Shown here piece after piece: positions 13,501 through 25,500 of a DNA stretch of 64,000 nucleotides. Below the pieces are notes generated by a model. It searched no databases. It saw only the letters and a program-made list of their open reading frames with translations, and was not told where the DNA came from. Within the stretch, counting starts at the first letter, position 1; each line of letters opens with the position of its first letter. Both the position numbers and the translations under genes were made by a program. This DNA is from Okamejei kenojei. Its lineage: Eukaryota. The stretch lies in assembly GCA_035221665.1 (NCBI GenBank), contig CM069157.1:18042001-18106000 (forward strand). Reading direction: 5' to 3'.

Positions 13501-16500
13501 GGTCACATAGACCTTAATCAGACACTGGGAGATATGTCCAGAAGGGAGTATAATGTTGATTAGAGAATCTTATAGCACAGGAGACTACCATTCAGATAAT
13601 CATGCCTGTGTAGGCTCTTTGAAGTTGTTGTTTGAGCTATTAAAATAATTGGAGACATTCGCAAAGTCTAAAATACACTTACATTAATTTGTATTTCTTT
13701 TTTCTTCAATCCTATCCTCCAACCTGAACCAAATCATTCCCCAGCAATCTATTTGCTTTCCAACTACCTAATCTCTAGAGATAACATGGTTTTAGACTGT
13801 AAAATGATATGCAGTAAACAACAGATGATATAATTCAGAGTAACTTTTGCTCGATTTTGAATATAGAACAGATCAAACAGCTGTCTTGATGCAGAATTTG
13901 TTAGAAGAATCAAAGTTACCCCACCACAAGCATGTCCAACTGTGGTTCATCATATACTGAGTCTCATGTCAGTCTCTAATGGCTACTTCACTTGTAATGC
14001 TACTGATTTATCAGTAAAAAGCAACACTCAATTGGGTCATTTTAAATACAAGAATGCAAGTGAGTAGGTGAAAAAAACCCCACCAAAATGTGGCCTTTTC
14101 TTGGATTTCCATTTTAACTGAATTGTGCCTGTGCAGAATTGAGTATCAGTTTCCCAAAATTAAGTAAGCATTTTCAACCAGTTAACAATGGTTTACAAAA
14201 TGTCCCTTTTTGAAGGCCAACAGTAAAGATAAAGTTCATCTTTATTCATGGGATAGAGATCTCATTTCAGATGTCTTAGTTAGTCTTTATTTCCAATACC
14301 TTGAAAATGAAACATTAATGCTTTCATTCCATTCTCAATACTACATTTATGATCAATTTAAATTTTGTTCTTGGGATACCCAGTATTTCCTAATTATTTC
14401 CTAAATATCTGAAACGAATGCATGAGTTAAGGAAATGCAACACTGCAGCATGTCATTAAATCGTAAATAAAGACCTTGGAGCAGTCAGTTATCCCATCAA
14501 TTGACTTTTTCCATCCCCTGTCCCCAACTTGACTGAACAACATTTACAAGAATGCTCAACATCAAGTTTGGAAGCAGGCTTTCAAAAGGGGAAAGTTGTA
14601 CCAGGCCACTGCTGTTTACCTGCAGAGACTGGTACAGACCAGCATTCAAGGAAATCATCCGTCCTCTCAATTGGGTCAAAGCAATCAAAGGATGTGAAAA
14701 GACAGAAATGTAAAAATAATTATAATGTTTAAAGAAGAATGATCCAATTTGCTTACCTGTATTTCAGTTATTACTTCTTGTTTGTCCTCAGTATCGTTGT
14801 TGATAATCCGTCCTTGTTCATTCAAGACCATAAATGTTGGTTCATCAATCTGTTTCTGCAGGAAGTCTTCGTTTATCATCACTGGGCTACTTTTATTCTC
14901 CTCTTCAAAATTAGAATTCAATTTATTGTCCAAGATAGGCTGGATACATTCTGTCAATTCATTTTTTCTTTGTTCTTCTGCAACTTTTATTGGTTCACAT
15001 CTTTCATTTATCCTCAAGTCGACCACATCTCTGGATTTGGCATTTGGTTGCTTGCCTTCTGAAAGCATTGCCATGTTTTCACTGTTATCAGACCTTTTTA
15101 TAGGCATCACCAACACATTCCGTTCACTTACAGTTGAAACTTTATTTTCATCTTCTGACATTCTACCTGCTGATTTTCCATCTTCAGTTACACTGCCCAG
15201 TTCCCTGACTTTACCATCTGGTTCTTCATTACATCCAACATGTTGGACCATTTCAACAAAAGACTGCGAATTCACCTGAACTTTCGTGAATTGATCTTGC
15301 AGTGGTCTCCTTTATTTGTTGTAAAAGCATTCTTCCATCATCCTTATTTTTCGACATGCTCCCTCCTAATCTTTCATAATTCATTGTTTGTTTAGCCGTT
15401 TCCTCACTTTCGTTCAGTAAGTAATCAGGAAGTTCTTTCCTACTTGACAGTGTATGTGTCCTTGCATCTAACTTGAATTCGTTCATTCCACAATCCATTG
15501 TCAAATACAATGCCTTGATCACTCTCATCCGTCACATCGTGAGAAATCACCATTTGTTTTTCATCAGCAGAATGATCCTTCTTTCTTTTCACAAAAATCC
15601 TTTCATCAGTTCTTTCCAAACTCATAACATCTTGCACATTCGCCATAACATCGAAGCCATCCTTTGAATAATTATCAACCTCCATTTCCTCCTCAACCAT
15701 TCGTCCCACATTGCTTACGTTTGTTTCTCTGTCCATATACACCATTTCTTCAGGGGCTAATATAGTGGGGATATTAATTTTTTCTTTGTTCTCACGTACT
15801 ACATATTTCATATCGACAGACTTCAGGGATAGTGAATTCTTTGTACCAGGTGTTCTTTCTACCAGTAGTCCTGATGATAAAGACACTGGGTTGTCATGAG
15901 AATTAGGCACTTTGTTTTTATAACTGATAACTGGATTTTCATCCCTAATCCTCAAATAGGAGCTCTTTTCCATTCTTGGAGATAATATCTGACTCCCTTC
16001 GTTTGCGAGTGTCCCGTCGAAAGATGTACTTGGTACAAATGGCATAATGAATTTTTCCATCTCTATATTAGAGCCCAGGTCAGGATCAGAATATTCACCA
16101 GTCGATCCGACATTGGACTGGATTTCTTCAGCCATTTTAAGGCTTATCAGACCATTGTCAACCGCTTGAAGCAGTGGAACTCTCTCTCCAGTGAGAGGAT
16201 CAATTACTCCTCCGTCCAAAAGCTGATTTGTGACAATAATCTCAAACATATCATCATCCAGTAGCTCACATTGTGCAGCTTTTTGCAGTGTCATCCTGTC
16301 ACCAGTGGTACTGTCTACAATCCCACCACTGTCAGCCTGGGCTTGCAGCAGTCTCATGGCAGCGACTGGGTCCACTTGCCTCATTTTTACTGCTTCAGCA
16401 AGTGTTAAGTTCTTGCCTGTTAGTTCATCTCGGATACCTGTGAAATATCTGGCTTCCATATATCTCTGGCCCGATTCCAAGTCTATTTTTCCCTTTTTAA

Positions 16501-19500
16501 TTAGCTCCGAGTAAGGTATTATCCTACACTGCTGAGGATCTACAATTCCTCGATGCTGCTCGGAGCACATTGCTTTTGTCAGTGCAGATGTTCTTCCTTG
16601 ATTAGTATCTTGTGTTAATGTCAGATTTTCGGAAGCTACCGGCTCCTTAAGGCTTCTACTCCAGGCTTGAGTTTCTTTAGTTTTGAAAGCAAATGCAGTG
16701 TCCTCTAGATCTAATGATGCTGCATCAGATAAATTAATTGGCTCCATAGTCTTTGGATGGATATATGCCTGCTGACAAGCTTTCTCCACTTCAATCAATT
16801 CGCTTGCTATATCCTGATCAATCAGACCGCATTTAACAGCATCCGTCACGGAAAGTCTCATTCCTGACAGGTGATGATTAATTCCCCCAAAGGCCACCTG
16901 CTTTTTCAAAATGGTAAGCACGGCTTCTTTATCAATGATTCCCCTCTTTCTTGCTTCAACAGCTGTTATGCGTTCTTTTGTTTGTGGGTCCAGTATGCCA
17001 TTCATTTCCATTTGTAAAGAAATCATGCGTAGTTTTGTGTTTTCATCCGATTCTCTTCCCTTTGTGGCCTTTTCTAGCTTGATCAAATTATCCAGATGGA
17101 CATTATCCACTAAGCCCATTTTTGATGCTAGAGTCACTGATAACTGTTTGCCTCGTTTTAAGTCGATGATCCCACCAGAGATGACTTGTCCCTCCAGGAC
17201 TCTTGCTGCAGTTTCTTGATCCAGAAGCCCTACTTCAGCTGCATCCTTGACTGAACGCACAGAAGTGCAACCTGGAGAGATGACCCCACAGATAACTTTC
17301 TCAGAGTTCAAGATCTTCCGAATCATCTGTTCGTTCACCAGACCCTCATCTACTGCCTCAGCCACCGACACAGTTTCACAAGTCTGTGGATCAAAGAACC
17401 CACCGAAGATGGCCAGTTTTTCCACTAGTTTGAGGGCAGTGTGGCTTGGAAGCACTCCCCTGGTCACTGCTTCATTCAGTGCTAGTCTCTGGCCTGTCTG
17501 TTCGTCAACGACACCACCATTTTGAAGCTGGTCAATCAGAACATTTAAAGTGGATTCATCATCCAAATAGTCTTCTCTTGGCTCTGACATTATTGGCAAT
17601 TCCTGGCATTGGAAATATTTAGCAGGATCATTTACTTCAGGATTTTGCTCACCACTATGCAATTCTGCAATTTTCCCTTTTAAGGACCCATTCACATTGC
17701 CTTGGCCAATTCCATTTTTAATATCACACGATGTTGGTCCAATGCTGCTAACACTTACGACAGCTTTGGCTCCATTATTTAGTATTACACCACACTGAGT
17801 CTCTTTCAATGACCCGTGAACTGCTGATGTTGGAAAACCTACAACTGAACTGGTTGAGGTAATATGAGAGTCTGGCAGATGGAATGCTTCAACTGTCTGC
17901 AAAACGATGGCTTCTTCCTCAAAACATTTATGGTTGACTTGATCCTGTGAAGTGGATTGAATTTCTACATCACTTATTGTATAATGAGAAGTTTCAGTAA
18001 CTATGCTAGACATATTTGCTTTCTGTGATCCTTTTGTAGATTTTTCAGCAACATTTGATTCTATACTAATTACACTTTCAAATTTAGATTTGCCGCGCAG
18101 TATTTTCAGTTTTTCTTTTTGACCATTTTCATATTCCGTTGTGTCCAGTTCCTTTCGAACTGCTTGTTGTTCATTAGTTACAATATCCTTGCAACAGATT
18201 TCAGTTTTATATTTTTTTTCTTCAGAGGCTGGAAAATCCACATTCTTCTTTAAAGGCATTTCCTCACTGTTTCTAATTTCCTTAATCCATCCATCTGATT
18301 GTCTTTCATACATTCCATAACCAGCTTCTATCTTATCACTTGTTTTAGAGCTGTCATTTTGTTTTAATGTTAGCTTCTCTGGATGGTATAATTCAGTATA
18401 ATTTGTGGTGGTATCATATTCTTTATTGCATTCTTCCAACGTTTTTTTACTCTTCAAAACTGCAGTGTTTACTCTTGCTTTTATGAATTCTTTAGTGATG
18501 TCATTCAACTTGGCATCAATCAAAAGCAATCTGTTACCATTATGCACATTCATATAACTTTGTGCCATTAAGAAAGACAATAGCCTTTCTTCTACCATTT
18601 GACTATGTGAGACTGGTGCATTGGTGTCAGCAACCAGGGATTTCAGACTGGAATTTGGCAGCATTCCACCAGCCGTCCTCCAGTTCAATCTGTCTACAAT
18701 TGGAAAACCAGGTTCTTTCATATTTGGCATCGCATCTGGAATACAAATTGACTTCAATACTTCAGCAGCTTTGTCGTCTAAAATTCCTTGCTCAATTGAT
18801 TCTTCCCAAGACATTACCTCAGTGGTTTCGGGGCAATAAAGTTCTGATATGGTGGGTCTCTTCTTCAGGATTGCATGTGCGAGATCAATGGAGACAAGAC
18901 CCTGTTGCACTGCACTGGCCACAGGAAGGACTTCACCAGATTTTGGCCACAGCAGTCCCTTAAAGGACAGCTGTGACTCCAGTACAACCAATGCGCTTCT
19001 CGGAGTCATCAAATCCCGCTGTACAGCCTCATCCAGAGTCAATCGCTGAGCTGAGACAGGATCGATAATACCGCCCGTCTGGATTTGACGAATTAATATG
19101 GAGCAAGCTATATCATGATCGATGAGATTATGTCTCACTGCTTCATCCACTGTTAGACGGTGCCCTGTTCTCGGGTCTACGATGCCACCTGCAAACAATT
19201 GTGCCTCTAAAAGTCTGACCATCACCTGTTGGTCTATCAAGCCCTCTTGGATAGCACGGAATAAGCTGACCTTCTTTCCAGATTTCAGACATATCATCCC
19301 ACCGGCAAGTTGCTTTATTGGAAATAAAGTTAATCCACTTTCTTTATCTACAATGCATCGCTGTATCAGTTCTGAAAGTCCAAGCTTTTCTCCCGTGTTA
19401 GGATCAATCAAACCTTTCTGTACTCTTTGTCTAGCCTTCATCTTAGAGTGGAGGGATGCACTGATCAGGCCCAGTTGGAAAGCTTTCTCTAGATCCACAG

Positions 19501-22500
19501 CTTCAGCTGTTGGTAGTTTTCCAAAGCCACAGTTAAGCTGGATCTCCAAAATCTTCAGTCCCACATTCTCTTCAATTTTCTTCTCTTCAACAGCAGCAGC
19601 CACAGGAAGAAGTGTATTGCTTTTAAAATCGGTGCTTTTCAAGAGCTGTGCGGCAGCCTGCAGCTCTTTCAAGAGTTTAGCTGTTCGATTATCTATCGCA
19701 CCTCTTTCTAAAGCTTGTTCCACCGTCAGGTATTCACGGGTTTCAGGAATAAGGAGGCCAGAATTAATCACTTGAATCTGAAGCAGGGCAAGGCCTGTGT
19801 CTTGGTCTATAAAACCCTTCTGCATGGCACGGAAAATTGAAAAGATTTCTACTGTTCCCAGGTCAATCACACCTGCAATTGTTTCATTCTCCTGGAAAAT
19901 GTAAATCACAAGTTAAGTCTCTGAACTTACAGCAACCGATAAATCTGCAGACATCCTTGTAAAATATAAACAGATTATTCTACTAATATTAGTTTTATTT
20001 TTTTTGAACTGTTCTCAACAGAATAGGTTTAAGGTTTAGGTTTATTATTGTCACATACACAGATGTACAGTGACAAGCTTATACTGTAATTATCTATACA
20101 TAGCTAATTACTAAATTTGGGGATGGAGAAGCAAAATAAATAAATAGGCCTCAGAATTGTAGTTTAGAAAAAAAGGTTGTAATTCATGAATTTGGTTTTT
20201 AACTGGTTTACAATTGACAATCACTTTCATTTGCATGACTTTGTCAAAAAGTGTTGAATCAATTTTCTTATTGTGGTGCCAAATTTTACATTTGCATCAA
20301 TTTTGCACTTGCAGTTTTGAATTTGGCATGAAATTTCCACTGCAAAGTAATAAATTCACACCATCATCTCGCTAATCTCCAGTTAATTAACTGATGTTGA
20401 ATAGCTCGGTGCCAGCTTTTATACAGCCTTGAAAATAGACTCATGCACGAAATGAATGTGCATCAATGCATGTCAATGGGCATTATGTGCAGACCTCCCT
20501 GAACTGGTACAACATCGAATTAACCCTGGTGCTATTTCATCCCTTTAACTGTTTGTGTATTCGTAGGACACTTAGAAATTATGGATATAATTGTGTACCT
20601 CCAGATACATAACGTGACTATTAACATAAAAGAGGATCGCAAAATAACCTGGCAAAGAGGCCGTAGTCATTCAGCTCTTTGAACCCGAGCCAGTTCTTTT
20701 CAAAAGAAATGTAATTGTCTCACTGCCCAGTATTTTTCCTGCATCAGTTAAATTTATTTTGTTTTCTCTCAAGTATTTATACTGTTGCCATTCAAAGCTA
20801 TTTTTGAATAGACACCCTTCATTGCATTTGAAAACTTAACTGACTACTTTGAAAAACATTTTTGCTCATCTTGCAATATATTAAAGCTATAAGAAATCAC
20901 ACCTTTTAGAAATAATTGGAAGAATGTCATTTGGAACAAATGTGGAACAAATAATCTTGGTTTCTGATAATCATGTTCATATGTTCTAGGAGCAGAATTA
21001 GGCCATTCGGCCCATCAATTCTACTCTGCCTTTCAATCACGGTGATCTATCTTTCCCTCTCAACCCCATTCTTCTGCCTTCTCCCCTTAGCCCCTGACAC
21101 CCTTACTAATCAACAAAAATCAATCTCCACCTTAAAAAAACCATTGACTTGGCCTCTGCTGCCGTCTGTGGCAGGATCTATGGGCCAATTATATTTATAG
21201 CAATAATGGCCCTCTCTCTTAACGGGAGCCATCATTTACAATATATATGTCAAGCTGCACTGACTGCAAAATTATACATTTTCCTTCAATGATTAATGTA
21301 GCAAACTTCTAAAGTAAAGACGTCATGCACACAGTAATGACGGTATCGGCCTTTTAAAAACTGTGAAGGAATTCAAGAACCAGACATATTATTCACAGAT
21401 ATTAGACAGTGTACAATAGAATGAATAATTTCTGCAATACCTCTGAACTTGTGGTATCATGGGACAGAAATACAGTAAGCATAACATTTTGCACAAAAAA
21501 AGCAAGCAACACAGCAGACATAAAGATGATATTGTCCAGACAAAATGCTTAGTAAAATGTCTGCACTTCTGTAAAATATGTAAATCTTTGAATTCATAGT
21601 TGTTTAAAGACTTCCTGAATCATTATGGGTATTAGATTTAGACAGCAGAAACAGATTGTGTGAAATGTGGTACTGTTTTCAGAACTGCTTATTTAACGCA
21701 GGCTAACCCTTTCAAAAAGAAATCCAGATCACTATCAAAATACAAAGCATCTCGAATTTCACAACATTTTTCGTAACATCTGCTACTTAGGACAGCTTTA
21801 AAGCTACGCTCACAAATGGTTCTGCTGAATCCTGACGTTTCAAGTCATTAACAAGATGGAAAGGAAATAAGGTAAGAAATCAGATATTGTTTTCTCCTGG
21901 TCTATGGACTGAATTTCATTTCTTTCTACAGACTAAACAATAGACTTCTATATATTTTACATTTCACATGGATAGTTACTTATTGCGTTAGGAATGTTAA
22001 CCTATCTAGTTCAGTAAGTGAACTGGATTAGTGTATTTGTTTTTAATAGCATTGTACATGATTTCAATCATTTCATAATTAGATTCCTATAACGGAACTG
22101 AGACTGTGCACATGAAAATGTTCCATTATTTGTTCCCCATCCCCTTTTAATTTTAGTTAATTTACAAAACAATAAAGAGGTTGGATAGACATGGATTGTT
22201 TTCTCTGGAGTGTTGGAGATAGAGTACAGAACATAAAATTATGAGAGGCAATGATAGGATACAGTCAGAACCTTTTTCTCAGGGTGGAGATGTCCAACAC
22301 TAGATAGCACAGCTAGAAGGTGAGAGGGGGAAAGCTTAATAGAGATTTGCAGGGCAAGTCTTTACACTGAGGGTAGTAGGGGCCTGTAACACACCTCCAG
22401 AGGCGGTGTTGGAAGCAGATAGGATAGTGGTGTTTAAGAGGCTTTCAGATAGGCACATGTAAGTGCAGGGAATAGAGGGATATGGATCATGTGCAGACAG

Positions 22501-25500
22501 ATGAGATCCGTTTAACTTGGCATCATGTTTGGCACAAAAATTATGGGCTGAAGGATCTATGCTGTAGAGTTCTATGTTTGATAATTCCTGAACCAGAAGA
22601 TAAACACTTAACCTGCTCCTTCTCCTTGCATACACTGATTTTGTTGACCACCTTGTGAGAAAGCACTGGCATTTCCTCCAATTCTAGACATGTGATATTG
22701 CTGCCCACTCTAATGGATGCGAGGGGAGATTGTCATTAAGTGTAGACTTGCCTGAAGGCTTTTAGGAGGGCATTTGTGTAGTTAATTCGAGCAACATCAT
22801 GAAACAGTTAAATGTTCCTTTTAGGACATGATGGATTTGCAGCTCCGTTGAAACTCAGATCAAAGATGTCTGACGTTTATTATGAGTTTTGTTTTGTTCA
22901 TTATTGTCTAATATTTTAATTGGAGTTAGAGTTACAAAGGACAAATACAGAAACATAACGAAGATTTAATATAACACATTGAGTACAGAAGAAGACAAAA
23001 ACATTTACTTACCAGCAATGGCGGCTTGCCAGTGGCAAAAGCAGAGCTAATGCGAGTATTTCAGCAGTATCACACACACAGTGTAAGCTTGTTGTTAGGT
23101 CCAGCATGCGCCGTTTATAGGGATATTTGATATCAAATTTTAATCCATCTTCTATTTGAGAATGGTTAGTTTTTGAGTTGTAAGCAAGGATGCTGGTTAA
23201 TTTGACATATTTATTCACAATTCATAGTGACACATCATGCTCAACTGGTCATGGAAATTCATAATTGATAATGATCGCACTATGCTGTTTACAGCAAGCA
23301 AAGGTTATACCACACTTCAAACATGGGTTCCCTTCCACAGTGAAGCATAAAAGACACAAAATAAACATTTACTTTTTGCCTGAATAATACAGGCACGGCA
23401 GGTTAGAAGATAAATTGATTTGAGATAAATAACCAAAAGCCTTTAAAAGATACTGAAATAGGTCAATAAATTTGTGGTGTGATCACATTAAAATCTAAAT
23501 GATATTTGCCATTTCACAGTGCATCACTGTGTACAGGCAACATTACATATATATATATATATATATAATATATATATATATTTTACACACACACATATAT
23601 ATGTTGTCCTAGATGATCGGAAAGAAATTTTAGAAAACAAGGAAACAAGGACAAGGAAACTTACTGATTTACACCAAGTACACACACACACACACACACA
23701 CACAGTCATGGGCAGATGAAGCAATATACAATGAACATGAGGTCTCAACAAATTCAGAATATGTTTCTCAGGCAATGCATCGTCTTCTCATTGGGTGGAA
23801 ATGATCATCACTGTGATTTATAAGATATGCTCTGCATTACTCAAAAATTTTTGGATTAAACCATAAAACTAGGATCCCATTCTCTCATCTCGGGTGAACG
23901 CAAAAGATTCCAGGGCACAAATCAAAGAAAAAGCAGAAAATTTTCCATCACGGAAACCATTAATACAATTTAACGTTGCTTCTTTCAGACTATCGTACAT
24001 AAATGAGCTCATGAGAAAACTGACGTATAAACGGAAAATGTTGGAACCTATCAGCAGGTCAGGCTCATCTTGACATGCTGAATGCTGCCAGCATTCTCTG
24101 CTTATATTTCAGATATCCAGTATCTGCAGTTTTATGATTTACACTTCAAATGTATCTGGCTCCACGTAAAACACCCCAAGACTGAAAATAGCAAAATTGT
24201 CTTTCATCTTTATTTACTCAAATAAGGCTATTTGATCACTGATTTTTGAAATAGAAATATTTATATTCCAAGTCAGATTAGCTTAGTGATTACCTTGTTT
24301 AAATCCTCACAATATATTAAGCACACACTTGTGCATGCGCCTAGACGAGGCAAAGCATAAATAATTTACCCCAATATGCAGCAGATTGAATTGGAGATAA
24401 TTGGCTGAGAAACAAAACATTGTCTTCAAGTGATGAGTAGTCTGATGTATGTGTGAGTAATGAAGTTCGTGCTATTACAGGTAAAACATTCCATGCAGTG
24501 TAATTTATGTTCATACATTCACAATTGCATTCATACATTGATTCATGCAGGTCAAATTGTCAAAACATTGATATGATAAAAACATTGAAAATATTAACTT
24601 CTGGCAATGTCCTAGTCCTTCAAAGTGTACCTTTCGTTGCACTTCGTGAGTGAGCTTGTTTTGCAGCTGCTGGAGCTCTGCTGCAGACTCGTCACACAGT
24701 TTCCCATAGGTTTCCTTCAGTGTGTTCAACTGTGACGTCACCTGTTGCTGTTCTTCTGGAGATATTCTGTGAAACCAAACAGTTCAATATTTATAAATTA
24801 AGATGGTCAAGGGACCGGTAAAGGGGAAAGGAAATCAGATTCTTAACTATTAAAACAGAATTTTTCAAAAATGTGTTTCTTTCTTAGATTCTACAGTGCC
24901 CTCCATAATGTTTGGGACAAAGACCCATCATTTATTTATTTGCCTCTGTACTCCATAATTTGAGATTTGTAATAGAATTAATCACATGTGGTTAAAGTGC
25001 ACATTGTCAGTTTTTATTAAAGGGTATTTTCATACATTTTGGTTTTACCATGTAGAAATTACAGCTGTGTTTATACATAGTCCCCCCATTTCAGGGCACC
25101 ATAATGTTTGGGACACATGGCTTCATAGGTGTTTGTGATTGCGCAGGTGTGTTTAATTGCCTCCTTAATGCAGGTATAAGAGAGCTCTCAGCACCTAGTC
25201 TTTCCTCCAGTCTTTCCATCACCTTTGGAAACTTTTATTGCTGTTTTTCAGCATGAGGACCAAAGTTGTGCCAATTAAAGTCAAATAAGCCATTATGAGA
25301 ATAAAACTGTTAGAGACATCAGCTGAACCTTAGGCTTACCAAAATCAACTGTTTGGAAAGAGTTAGTTCAGAAGAAAGAAAGCACAAAGGGACTGGCAGG
25401 CCAAGGAAGAGCTCCACAGATGATGACAGAAGAATCCTCTCTATAATATACATAAATTCCCAAACACCTGTCCAACAGATCAGAAACACTCTTCAGGAGT

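Noticed and set aside
14590-14690. Small exon ending at CAG|gtaaac downstream of the PRD donor
   Set aside because: Available acceptors give a stop or non-3n length; no homology recognised.
14739-19775. Plus-strand ORFs of 100-217 aa over the PRD exon
   Set aside because: Antisense shadows of the coding frame with no recognisable domain.
15440-19909. 1489-aa ORF as an independent single-exon gene such as epiplakin
   Set aside because: It starts at a phase-0 splice acceptor matching the upstream MACF1 exon; the listed start is an intronic GTG.
23524-23660. Strong-looking acceptor at 23609-23611 as an extra exon
   Set aside because: It leads straight into TA/TG microsatellite with no credible peptide or donor.
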